This document shows positions 18,205 to 27,662 of a stretch of DNA of 64,000 bases, piece by piece. The position numbers and the translations under genes were made by a program. How positions within the stretch are numbered: position 1 is the stretch's first letter; the number at the start of each line of letters is the position of its first letter. The notes beneath the pieces are model-generated. The model did no database searches. It saw only the letters and a program-made list of their open reading frames with translations, and was not told the DNA's origin. This DNA comes from Bacteroidota bacterium (GTDB lineage: Bacteria; Bacteroidota; Bacteroidia; Chitinophagales; Chitinophagaceae): positions 12,157 to 76,156 of the forward strand of contig JAFEAJ010000016.1 in the NCBI GenBank assembly GCA_018266455.1, read 5' to 3'.

Positions 18205-18636
18205 ATGCTATTACAACTGGCAAAAATGAAAAAAGACATTGAAACAAGAAAAGATATCGAGCTGCTCGTAAATGAATTTTATGAGCGGGTTAAAAATGAC
18301 GACCTGATTGCATTCATTTTTACAGCAGTAAGAAAAGTGGATTGGAATAAGCATTTGCCTGTTATGTACGATTTCTGGGAAAATATTTTATTTCAATCCG
18401 GGACATATTATGGCAACCCAATGGCATTGCACAAACAATTGCACCAGCAGGTGCCCTTGAAGCAGGAATATTTTCAGCGATGGGTTTATCTTTTCGATCA
18501 AACTGTTGATGATTTATTTTATGGAGAGAACGCATCCCTGGTCAAAAAAAGGGCATCAAGCATTGCTGAAGTGATGCAAATGAAAATCCTACATAAAAAT
18601 GATTTTTTATCTGGGAAACCTGGCTTAACCAACTGA
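18205..18636 (+). CDS. Group III truncated haemoglobin (trHbP)
   Basis: LVNEFYERV, HLPVMYDFW, YYGNPMALH, FQRWVYLF and A..IA pattern. Confidence 0.9.
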   Translation: MLLQLAKMKKDIETRKDIELLVNEFYERVKNDDLIAFIFTAVRKVDWNKHLPVMYDFWENILFQSGTYYGNPMALHKQLHQQVPLKQEYFQRWVYLFDQTVDDLFYGENASLVKKRASSIAEVMQMKILHKNDFLSGKPGLTN

Positions 18637-19107
18637 TTGATCCCGCCACATGTCAGCGCCAACAATAAAAAACAAAATACAGGTTCGGGCAAGGAGGGTT
18701 AACATTGGGCCTTCTTTTCTTAATAAGAAAACTCTTGGAGCAGAAGGTGAAAACCTGAGGTACAAAGTTTTTTTAGAAAATAGGAATAATTGTTTTATAG
18801 TTTCATACAACTTCAGTTAACGAAGTGCAATACTTGAAAAACCTTATGTCGAATATGGCCGAGTACAAATAAAGTAATTAAAAAAAACCGCCCCCCCCAC
18901 TGCCGGCACCTCCGTGCCCTTAATACAACATGCGGAAAATAATCAGCAAGCAATAAGGGTAAGGAGCTGTTTTAGATAATTGACCCAAGTTGAAAGTTAA
19001 AAAGAGCATAGAATAAAGAATAATTTCGAGTTGCTGGGCTAAAACCTCTTTAGTTATGCTCAGCAAAGATAGAATTATAGGTATTTTTTGTTATAATAAC
19101 CATTGCC

Positions 19108-19359
19108 ATGAGCTTTTCAAACATCACCGGTTCAATTGGGGTAATGCTTTTATTGGTGGCATTTTTCCTGAACCTCTTCAAATTCATTTCACATGACAGT
19201 AGGGCATACATTATCCTAAATGTGGCTGGTGCGGGGTTGTCCTGTTATGCCTCCTGGCTGATCAATTATATGCCCTTTGTGATCCTGGAAGCAATCTGGT
19301 GCATTGCAGCCCTGGCAGCATTTGTTAAAAAAATAGCCGCTAAACGATTTTCCCCATAA
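19108..19359 (+). CDS. Small 3-TM membrane protein (CBU_0592-like)
   Basis: 83 aa; IGVMLLLVAFFL, LNVAGAG and PFVILEAIW patterns. Confidence 0.65.
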   Translation: MSFSNITGSIGVMLLLVAFFLNLFKFISHDSRAYIILNVAGAGLSCYASWLINYMPFVILEAIWCIAALAAFVKKIAAKRFSP

Positions 19360-19671
19360 AATGGCTGTTTCATATTATATTTGTTAATGGCTTTTGATGA
19401 AGCCTTGAAAAGAAGCGGCAGGGCCGGCAAGTGGTAGTGGGCTGGTGAACAGGATTTCTATTAATATATTTTTGTGATTTATTTTGAACAAGCATACTTT
19501 ATATGGCGCCTCTTATATTAACATGGCACCCATTGGCTTTTTCATAACAATAAGTTGTACTGATGAAGCGCTGCTACAAGAGCGCCTCGCCACCAAAGCT
19601 TAATAGAATTCGTTAGCCGGGCTCGTCATTTTTCTTCTTTTCCTTTTCGTTCACTGAAATTTTATTCTGAT

Positions 19672-20850
19672 ATGGGATGCGATAATTGCAGCAGCGCTAA
19701 CGGCAAACCTGCCGGCTGCAAAAGCAATGGGGGGTGCAGCACCGGCGGATGCAACCGCATGAATGTTTATGACTGGCTTTCGAACCTGCCGATGGCCAGC
19801 GAAGACTGCAAAGTGGTAGAAGTAACTTTTAATAACGGCAGCCGCAAAGATTTTTACCGCAACGCTACCACGCAACCTTTCGAGAAAGGGGATATGGTGA
19901 GCATTGAAGGCATAAGTGGTTTTGACGTGGGCTCCATTTCTTTAACAGGCGAAGCGGTACGCCTGCAAATGAAAAAGAAAGGCATTGAAGAAGATGACCC
20001 TGGGATGAAAAAAGTGTTAAGGCGTGCCAGTGAAAGAGACCTGCAAACACTGGAACAACATAAAAAGCGGGAACCTGATGTTTTGATAAGGTCGCGGGCC
20101 ATCGCTAAACAATTGAACCTGGATTTGAAAATGAGCGAAGTGGAAATACAGGCCGATGGAAGAAAAGCTACTTTTTTTTATATAGCCGATGACCGCGTGG
20201 ATTTCCGGGAACTGATAAAATTATATGCCGGTGAATTCAAGCTGAAAGTGGAAATGAAACAGATTGGCGCAAGGCAAGAAGCGGCAAAGGTGGGGGGCAT
20301 TGGCAGTTGCGGCCGTGAGCTTTGTTGCGCTACCTGGCTTTCTGATTTCAAATCGGTGAACACTACGGCTGCCCGCTATCAAAACCTGTCCATTAACCAG
20401 ACAAAGCTCAGCGGTCAGTGCGGCAGGCTGAAATGTTGCCTGAACTATGAACTGGATACCTACCTTGATGCGCTCCAAAACTTCCCTGAAAATACGGATA
20501 CATTACAAGTAGCTAAAGGGAATGCTTTGCTTATTAAAAAAGATATTTTCAAGAACCTGATGTGGTATGTTTTGCCAGACAGTAACAAACAATACCCGAT
20601 TACTATTGAACGCGCAAAAAAAATCAGGCAACTGAACCTGCAGGGCACTATCCCAGAGGGCCTAGAGCCGGTAGAGCTGAGCTCAGGCAAAGTAAAGGAA
20701 GAAGAAAAGGGATATGTGGACCTGGTTGGGCAGATCAGTTTGAAAACGCTTGAGAAAGCCGCCCGTAGGAAAAAACACGGTCATCATGAAAGGCCAGGCC
20801 GCCCTCATAACCAGCAACAGAATAAGGACAGGAAGGAAGGGAGAAAATAA
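19672..20850 (+). CDS. ricT: PSP1-domain protein, RicT/YaaT family
   Basis: FYIADDRVDFRELIK; GGIGSCGRELCCATW; NQTKLSGQCGRLKCCLNYE. Confidence 0.88.
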   Translation: MGCDNCSSANGKPAGCKSNGGCSTGGCNRMNVYDWLSNLPMASEDCKVVEVTFNNGSRKDFYRNATTQPFEKGDMVSIEGISGFDVGSISLTGEAVRLQMKKKGIEEDDPGMKKVLRRASERDLQTLEQHKKREPDVLIRSRAIAKQLNLDLKMSEVEIQADGRKATFFYIADDRVDFRELIKLYAGEFKLKVEMKQIGARQEAAKVGGIGSCGRELCCATWLSDFKSVNTTAARYQNLSINQTKLSGQCGRLKCCLNYELDTYLDALQNFPENTDTLQVAKGNALLIKKDIFKNLMWYVLPDSNKQYPITIERAKKIRQLNLQGTIPEGLEPVELSSGKVKEEEKGYVDLVGQISLKTLEKAARRKKHGHHERPGRPHNQQQNKDRKEGRK

Positions 20851-20871
20851 AGGCTTAGCGATATTATAAAC

Positions 20872-21002
20872 TGATTTCAGAGATGTCGCTTAAATCAATT
20901 TAACTTTTCCAAAGCTTTAACACAATGTAAAAAATTCACCAGGGGGTTCAATCTTTGCAAAAGCTGAACTTATTAATGGTTCAAAAAATCATTTTTGAAA
21001 AG
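20872..21002. repeat. Degenerate copy of the palindromic repeat family (see 51350-51512)
   Basis: Left arm TGATTTCA..AACTTTTCCAAAGCTT matches about 38/47 by hand; right arm CTTTGCAAAAGCTGAACT..AAATCATTTTTGA matches the reverse complement of the family arm. Confidence 0.65.
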
Positions 21003-21146
21003 ATTGCACAACACCAATAAAAAATGAGAAAACAAACTATCTGCTTTCTTGTTTTTCTTGCACCATTTTCAAAAGCATTGTGTTAACTTTTCTTCATCTT
21101 CAATGTTACATATTGTTCTTACTACATTTAGCAATGCTTATTCAAC

Positions 21147-22001
21147 ATGAAAAAAGTTTTTATGAGAATGTTTTTGGCATTGGGGATCATCTTTTTGGCA
21201 TGGCTTGTATTGGCACAAAGCTGTATGACCTTTCGGCAGGCGGATAGCGAAGAAAAGAAAAAATTTTTAGCAGAAGGCGTTAAGCTGACAACAGCAACCA
21301 TAAATATTGATGGCCATCACCTGCACTATGCAGAAACGGGGAGCGATACTTTGCCCATCATTTTTTTTGTTCACGGCTCTCCCGGAAGCTGGGATGCATT
21401 TGCAAATTACCTGGGCGACAAAGACCTCTTGAAAAAGTTCCGTATGGTTTCCATCGACAGGCCGGGGTTCGGCTACAGCGATTTTGGCAACCCTGAGCAC
21501 CTGGCAAAACAATCTGAAATCATCAGTCCCATTTTTACTTTGCTCAATAACCATCAGCCGATGTTCCTGGCAGGCCATTCGCTTGGCGGGCCAATGGTTG
21601 CAAAGTTGGCAGCAGACAATCCAACCACTTTTTCGGGAGTTGTTATTATATCCGGTTCCATTGATCCGGCTGAGGAAAAACCGGAAAAGTGGAGACCGGT
21701 TTTATACAAGACCCCCCTCGATTATTTTGTGCCCGGTGCAATGCGGCCTTCTAATGAAGAGCTTTGGTACTTGAAAACAGACCTGGTTGATTTGAAAAAA
21801 GATTTCCTGAAAATCACCTGCCCGGTTTATTTTATACATGGCACTGCCGATACCTGGGTGCCGCCGGCAAATGTGGATTATGGCAAAAAAATGCTGGTAA
21901 ATGCCAGCCGTGTTGAAGAAACGTTAATTCCGGGCGCAAATCATTTTATTCCATGGACAAAATTCAACGAAATAAAGCAGGTGCTGTTAAAATTGTACTG
22001 A
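21147..22001 (+). CDS. Alpha/beta hydrolase with N-terminal membrane anchor
   Basis: HGSPG, nucleophile elbow GHSLGG, HGTAD, NHFIPW. Confidence 0.88.
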   Translation: MKKVFMRMFLALGIIFLAWLVLAQSCMTFRQADSEEKKKFLAEGVKLTTATINIDGHHLHYAETGSDTLPIIFFVHGSPGSWDAFANYLGDKDLLKKFRMVSIDRPGFGYSDFGNPEHLAKQSEIISPIFTLLNNHQPMFLAGHSLGGPMVAKLAADNPTTFSGVVIISGSIDPAEEKPEKWRPVLYKTPLDYFVPGAMRPSNEELWYLKTDLVDLKKDFLKITCPVYFIHGTADTWVPPANVDYGKKMLVNASRVEETLIPGANHFIPWTKFNEIKQVLLKLY

Positions 22002-22122
22002 CTTTTTGAACCACTTGAGCCGGCAGAAATGCTAATATGTCTTACCGCCTGATGTGGTTCGATTTTAGATACTATAAAATCATGTTCTTATTTAGTAAAT
22101 TGCACATCTAAATTTTATAACC

Positions 22123-22893
22123 ATGGCACTTTTCGAATCAGGCAACCCAACCCTCAGCGAAAAAATATTTAACCGTTCTTTGGCCGATCAGCACGAAGGC
22201 ACTATGACCGTACGGGGGTCCATTAATAAATTCGGCTTTTTAATGCTGATGGTCCTTGCAGGTGCCATCTTCACCTGGCGCGAGTTCACGCTGGGCAGGC
22301 CGGGCACTATGCAGACATTTATGATGATTGGCCTTTTTGGAGGGCTTATTTCTGCTATAATTATTTCTTTCAAACCTGCTACGGCAAGGTATTTAGCGCC
22401 TGCTTACGCCATTTTTGAAGGGCTTTTGCTTGGCGCGCTTTCTGTGGTCATCAATAATGCTTTCAGCAAATCGTACCCGGGCATTGTGATGCAGGCCGTG
22501 GGGCTGACTTTTGCCGTGGCAATTGTTATGTTCCTGCTTTATAACTTCCGTATCATAAAGCCAACGGCAAAATTCAAAGCTGTTCTTGTGTCGGCAACGC
22601 TTGGTATATTCCTGTTTTATATGGTCATGCTCATCCTGAGCTTTTTCCATGTCAACATGGCTTTTATGAGCTGGACTGATGCCAGCCCGCTTGGTATTGG
22701 CATCAGCTTGTTTGTCATCGCGATTGCTGCGCTCAACCTGATATTAGATTTTGAACAGATTGAAACCGGTGAAGCAATGGGTGCCCCAAAATACATGGAA
22801 TGGTATGGCGCATTCGGGCTACTGGTAACATTGGTTTGGTTGTACATAGAAATATTAAAACTGCTGAGCCGCTTTGCCAGCAGCAGGAATTAA
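22123..22893 (+). CDS. Bax inhibitor-1/YccA family membrane protein
   Basis: SGNPTL start; about 7 TM segments; NLILDF..IE and LLVTLVWLYIEILKLL. Confidence 0.88.
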   Translation: MALFESGNPTLSEKIFNRSLADQHEGTMTVRGSINKFGFLMLMVLAGAIFTWREFTLGRPGTMQTFMMIGLFGGLISAIIISFKPATARYLAPAYAIFEGLLLGALSVVINNAFSKSYPGIVMQAVGLTFAVAIVMFLLYNFRIIKPTAKFKAVLVSATLGIFLFYMVMLILSFFHVNMAFMSWTDASPLGIGISLFVIAIAALNLILDFEQIETGEAMGAPKYMEWYGAFGLLVTLVWLYIEILKLLSRFASSRN

Positions 22894-22908
22894 TTATATT
22901 GCTTCTAT

Positions 22909-22948
22909 AAACAAAAAAGGCTGGAACCGGTTCCAGCCTTTTTTGTTT
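22909..22948. terminator. Bidirectional intrinsic terminator (perfect 40-bp palindrome)
   Basis: AAACAAAAAAGGCTGGAACC|GGTTCCAGCCTTTTTTGTTT between convergent genes. Confidence 0.85.
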
Positions 22949-23068
22949 TATGTAACCAGCCGGAGAATTTTGTTCAGCATCCTTGCGTCGCACTCTTCAG
23001 CAGTAAAGTTCCTGTTCAGCGCCATACTATCGGCAACGCGCAACCGATTTAATTTTTCCTACTTTGTT

Positions 23069-23872
23069 TTAAAAACCGTCTCCGTCAATCAAATTCCCCA
23101 ATCCGCCTAATACGCTGCCCTCTTCCCTCCTGTGGCCAAGTTGCGGGCTATACTGAATGATGCGGCTGGCCAGCCTGCTTATGGGCAGTGACTGCAGCCA
23201 TATTTTTCCAGGCCCGCGCATCACTGCAAAAAACAAGCCTTCGCCACCAAACATCCAGTTCCTGATGCCACGGATAAATTCAATATCAAAATCAATTGAA
23301 GGTTGATAAGCTACCACACAACCTGTATCCACTTTCAGGACAACGCCGGCCTGCAATTCCTTCTCCACAATATATCCGCCGGCGTGCATAAAAGCCATCC
23401 CGTCTCCTTCCAGCTTTTCCATAATAAAGCCTTCGCCGCCAAAAATGCCCGTCCCTAACCTTTTCTGAAAAGCAATGCCAACGCTCACTCCCTTAGCTGC
23501 ACACAGGAATGCATCTTTTTGAGCAATGATTGTTCCGCCCAATTGCTGCAGGTCAAACGCAATAATTTTACCGGTGTATGGAGCGGCAAAGCTTACGCGC
23601 CTCTTCCCCTGTGCAGTATTGGTAAACGCGGTCATGAACATGTTCTCGCCCACAAGCACACGCTTCCCTGCGCTCAATAATTTTCCTAACAAACCGCCCT
23701 GCTGCGATTGCTGTGAACCATCCCCAAAGATGGTTTGCATTTCGATTCCATCATCCATCATCATAAAGCCGCCCGGCTCGCCAATAACCGTTTCATTGGG
23801 GTCCAGCTCAATTTCCACGAACTGTAGCTCCTCGCCATAAATCTTATAATCTATTTCATGGTTCTTCCTCAT
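23069..23872 (-). CDS. TIGR00266/AIM24 family protein
   Basis: QFVEIELDPNETVIGEPG, AQKDAFLCAAKGV, FGGEGF, KVDTGC, LQSLPISRL. Confidence 0.88.
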   Translation of the reverse strand: MRKNHEIDYKIYGEELQFVEIELDPNETVIGEPGGFMMMDDGIEMQTIFGDGSQQSQQGGLLGKLLSAGKRVLVGENMFMTAFTNTAQGKRRVSFAAPYTGKIIAFDLQQLGGTIIAQKDAFLCAAKGVSVGIAFQKRLGTGIFGGEGFIMEKLEGDGMAFMHAGGYIVEKELQAGVVLKVDTGCVVAYQPSIDFDIEFIRGIRNWMFGGEGLFFAVMRGPGKIWLQSLPISRLASRIIQYSPQLGHRREEGSVLGGLGNLIDGDGF

Positions 23873-23916
23873 AAAAAAATTTTAGCGAAAAAAACGAAAC
23901 GTAGTCTGTCAAGTAA

Positions 23917-26900
23917 TTACATCCAGGCGCCTACGATTGCTTCAGGCGCACTTGGCCCAAGCCTTCTTCTTCTCCTTGCAACTTTTACTTTTTGCACGAG
24001 CACGGTTACAAACATCAGGGGAATAAATATCAGGGTCAGGGGCGGTATTCCCAACATGGAAATCCACGTTCCCCCATACATTTTCCGCATCGGGCGCTTC
24101 AGCCTTAATGCAATCAAATACATGCTTGGCACTATCACCAGTGTCATAAAAAATGCGAATGCCAGGCCAAAAATAATTGTCCATGACAGCGGCTTCCAGA
24201 ACACCGCGCTATCACCGCCAAAGAAAATATGGGGGTTTAATTCTGAGAAAAGCGTTATGAAATTCATGTTCAGCCCTACTGCAAGCGGAACCAATGCCAG
24301 TATAGCTGCCATAGCAGTAAGCATTACCGGGATGATGCGCGTTTTCCCGGCCTGTATAACGGCCTCGCGTATGCGTAAGCCACGGCTGTGCAGCTCATCT
24401 GCGAACTCAATAACCAAAATACCGTTCTTTACCACAATGCCTGCCAGCCCAACAATGCCCAGGCCCGTCATCACTACCGAAATTTCCATTTTGGTGAAGG
24501 CAAAACCAAGCAGCACGCCAATAACGCTAAAGATAATTTCAGTAAGGATAATAACCGATTTGCTCACAGAATTAAACTGAAGAACAAGAATGAGCAAGAT
24601 GATCATTAATGCGATGACCAGCGCTTTGAACAGGAATGCGCCTGTTTCCTGTTGTTGCTTCCCTTCACCGGTTTGCGTAATGGTAACCCCTTCTTCTTTT
24701 CCTTTAAAATTGTCGATTGCCTTTTTGATGACAGCATTAACAGCCGTTGGGGTAAACCCCTGGCTCGTAAGCACGTTCGAGTACAAAGTAATCATTCGCT
24801 TTTGCGATTTGCGCTTGATGCTACCGTAAGTGCTGGTATAATCTACCTCTACCAAATTGCTGATGGGAATTTGCTTTACCGCGCCTCCTGAAGCCATATC
24901 GCGAAAAACAATTTTCATGTTCAGCAAATCCGTGAGGCTTTTTCTTTGCAGTTCGGTGTTGCGCAGTTGTATTTTGTATTCATCTTTGTTTTCTTTTATT
25001 TTAGAAACCTCCCTGCCAAATAATGCAGTCCTGATTTCCATGCCAACCTGCTGTGTTGATATGCCTTCAATCATTGCCCGCTGACGGTTGACCGTCAGCG
25101 TTATTTCAGGGTTAGTGAGGTCAACATCCATTTTCAGTTCTTCCACACCAGCTATTTGTAACGAATCAAGATAGTTTTTTAATGCGATCCCTGTTTTGGT
25201 AAGGTTGTCAAAATTGTCGCTGGCTATTTCAATATTAACAGGGGGGTCAGTTGGCGGGCCATTCTGTTCCTGGTCAACGGAAATCACCGCTCCGGGTATG
25301 CCGCGCATTGCTAAGCGAATAGAGTCAAGATAAGGTCTTGTGGAACTACCGTGCCGGTTTTCATACTGCACAAAAGAGACCTGAACGCGTCCCAATTCCG
25401 GGTGCGTGCTCCTGTCCCCGCTATTCGGGTCATTAGCGCCGATGGCCACATTAGAGATCACGCTTTCTACAATCGGGTTCCCAATGTTGTGCACAGGATC
25501 CATGTGCAGGACCTTGTACACGCGGTTCTCCAGTTCATGGGTAACAGAATCGGTATAATCAACATTTGTGCCTACGGGCAGCTTCAGGTAAACATAAATG
25601 AAATTCGGATCGCCCTTCGGGAAAAACACCACCGGCACTTTACGAACAGCAAGTAAAACAACAGAAAAGATGAGCAGCAAAAAAGTGACGAATAAAAGCC
25701 AGGCTGGCCGCCACCCTTTCAATGCCCAGCGCAACAGGGTTTCATAGTGGCCCATGATCCAGGGCAGGGCCCTGTTCTGGAAACTGTGGATCATGCCATC
25801 AAAAATATATTTGTTGAACACCATTAAAATGGCAAAAAATATCAGCAGGTTGCCAAAAAAAGTTACATGGCTCACATCAAGCAAAATGCCTGTAGCTAAG
25901 AATATCCATAATAAAGGTTTTTTGAAAACATCCGATTTCCTGGATTGGCCATGCTCAGGATGGTTCATAAAATCGACTGCGAACACCGGGTTCATGATAA
26001 ATGCAACAATCAGTGAAGCAGTTAATGTGAAGATGAGCATTGCAGGAAGATAGATCATGAACTTGCCGATAATGCCGGGCCAGAACAATAGCGGGAAGAA
26101 TGGGGCCAGTGTGGTGAGCGTGCCTGCCAACACGGGAATAAACACTTCGCCCGCCGCGATTTTAGCCGCAATCACTGAAGTTAATTTTCCCTTTGCCTGT
26201 GTGAATATCCTGTGCGTGTTTTCAATTACCACAATGGCATCGTCCACAATAATGCCAAGCCCGAACAACAACGCAAAAAGCACCATGAAGTTGAGGGTGA
26301 CATTTGATCCGATGATCAAATCTGCCGCAGGTAAAAAGATAAATGCCACGAACATGCTAAGGGGTACTGATAAAGCAACAAAAAAGGCATTGGTGACCCC
26401 CATAAAAAACATCAGGATCAACAGCACCAGTATGAAACCGATCACAATGGAATTTACCAGGTCGTTGAAAGAAGTCCGGGTGTTCCGGCTCAGGTCGCCG
26501 GTAATGACCATCTGCAGGTCTTTAGGGAACTGTTCCTGCATTTCCTGTACCGCCCCTTTCACTTCATCTGAAGTCTCGATCAGGTTTTCGCCACTGCGCT
26601 TAATGATGTTCAGCGTAATCACATTTTTGCCCATTAAGCGTGCATAGCTTTCGCTTTGTTTCACAGTGTCTTTTATCTCTGCAATATCTTTCAGGTAAAC
26701 CGGCGCTCCTGAAGTATTTCTCAAAACCACTTGCGCAATATCGCTGGCCGTATGGAATTGCCCTTTCAATTGCAAGGTGCGCTTCATATTTCCTACTTCG
26801 AGCAAACCGCCGGTAATGTCCGTATTTTCTCCTGCAATAGCATTAGCAATATCATTAAAAGTAATGTTGGCGCTTTGCATTTTGTAGTTGTCAACATTAA

Positions 26901-27498
26901 TCTGAAACTCCCTTTCCGGCGCACCGACTTCATCAACACGATTGATCTGTGCGATGTCCTCCAGGCGGTCCTTCAGGTCATCAGCATATTTTTTCAGGCG
27001 CTGCATATCGTAATCCCCGCTCACGTTCACATACATGATCGGCATATCAGAAAAGCTCACTTCTACCACATTTGGCTGGGTTGTCAAATCGGTCGGCAGA
27101 TCATTTTTTGCTTTATCAACAGCATCTTTCACCTTCTGTATCGCCACATCTGTTTTCACATCCGTTTCAAATTCCACGACGATGGCAGAAAAATCCTGCA
27201 CAGAAGTGCTGGTAAGCTTATTGATTTTTGCGCCGGTAATGCTTTTAAGCTGTTTTTCTATCGGGCGGGTAACAAGGTTCTCAATGTCCTTCGGCGAGTT
27301 GCCCACATAGGTAGTTGATACGTAAATGGTAGGTATTACAATATCCGGAAATTGTTCTTTAGGCGTTGTGCCAAACTGGTACACCCCCCAAACGGTAACA
27401 ATGACCACCAACAGATAGATAGCCGTTTTATTATTGATAGCCCAACTTGTTATCGGGAATTCTTTGATCTTCCCTTTAAAATTTTCTAATGCGCTCAT
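23917..27498 (-). CDS. RND efflux transporter permease (AcrB-like)
   Basis: PKEQFPDI; GIIVDDAIVVIEN; GIVVKNGILVIEF; RIIPVMLT; 1193 aa. Confidence 0.95.
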   Translation of the reverse strand: MSALENFKGKIKEFPITSWAINNKTAIYLLVVIVTVWGVYQFGTTPKEQFPDIVIPTIYVSTTYVGNSPKDIENLVTRPIEKQLKSITGAKINKLTSTSVQDFSAIVVEFETDVKTDVAIQKVKDAVDKAKNDLPTDLTTQPNVVEVSFSDMPIMYVNVSGDYDMQRLKKYADDLKDRLEDIAQINRVDEVGAPEREFQINVDNYKMQSANITFNDIANAIAGENTDITGGLLEVGNMKRTLQLKGQFHTASDIAQVVLRNTSGAPVYLKDIAEIKDTVKQSESYARLMGKNVITLNIIKRSGENLIETSDEVKGAVQEMQEQFPKDLQMVITGDLSRNTRTSFNDLVNSIVIGFILVLLILMFFMGVTNAFFVALSVPLSMFVAFIFLPAADLIIGSNVTLNFMVLFALLFGLGIIVDDAIVVIENTHRIFTQAKGKLTSVIAAKIAAGEVFIPVLAGTLTTLAPFFPLLFWPGIIGKFMIYLPAMLIFTLTASLIVAFIMNPVFAVDFMNHPEHGQSRKSDVFKKPLLWIFLATGILLDVSHVTFFGNLLIFFAILMVFNKYIFDGMIHSFQNRALPWIMGHYETLLRWALKGWRPAWLLFVTFLLLIFSVVLLAVRKVPVVFFPKGDPNFIYVYLKLPVGTNVDYTDSVTHELENRVYKVLHMDPVHNIGNPIVESVISNVAIGANDPNSGDRSTHPELGRVQVSFVQYENRHGSSTRPYLDSIRLAMRGIPGAVISVDQEQNGPPTDPPVNIEIASDNFDNLTKTGIALKNYLDSLQIAGVEELKMDVDLTNPEITLTVNRQRAMIEGISTQQVGMEIRTALFGREVSKIKENKDEYKIQLRNTELQRKSLTDLLNMKIVFRDMASGGAVKQIPISNLVEVDYTSTYGSIKRKSQKRMITLYSNVLTSQGFTPTAVNAVIKKAIDNFKGKEEGVTITQTGEGKQQQETGAFLFKALVIALMIILLILVLQFNSVSKSVIILTEIIFSVIGVLLGFAFTKMEISVVMTGLGIVGLAGIVVKNGILVIEFADELHSRGLRIREAVIQAGKTRIIPVMLTAMAAILALVPLAVGLNMNFITLFSELNPHIFFGGDSAVFWKPLSWTIIFGLAFAFFMTLVIVPSMYLIALRLKRPMRKMYGGTWISMLGIPPLTLIFIPLMFVTVLVQKVKVARRRRRLGPSAPEAIVGAWM

Positions 27499-27662
27499 AC
27501 AATCAGTTTATTATTTTGTAGCCCTGTGTTGCCCCTTCTGATAAGGAGGGTTATGTTGCTCGATCTTGCTTTCGATGCTTAACCTTAAAAAAGTAAATAA
27601 TGATCTGCGATCATTGCAGGATGACTCTTTGTGCTATTCACTTTTTAACTTTTGCTTCCATT

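Noticed and set aside
19560-19600. CTGATGA followed by a GCGCT/AGCGC stem, resembling a hammerhead ribozyme core
   Set aside because: The required GAAA after stem II is absent and I found no flanking stems
23858-27318. Several long plus-strand ORFs (up to 240 aa) within the RND gene
   Set aside because: Antisense shadows of a well-supported minus-strand gene, with no recognisable motifs
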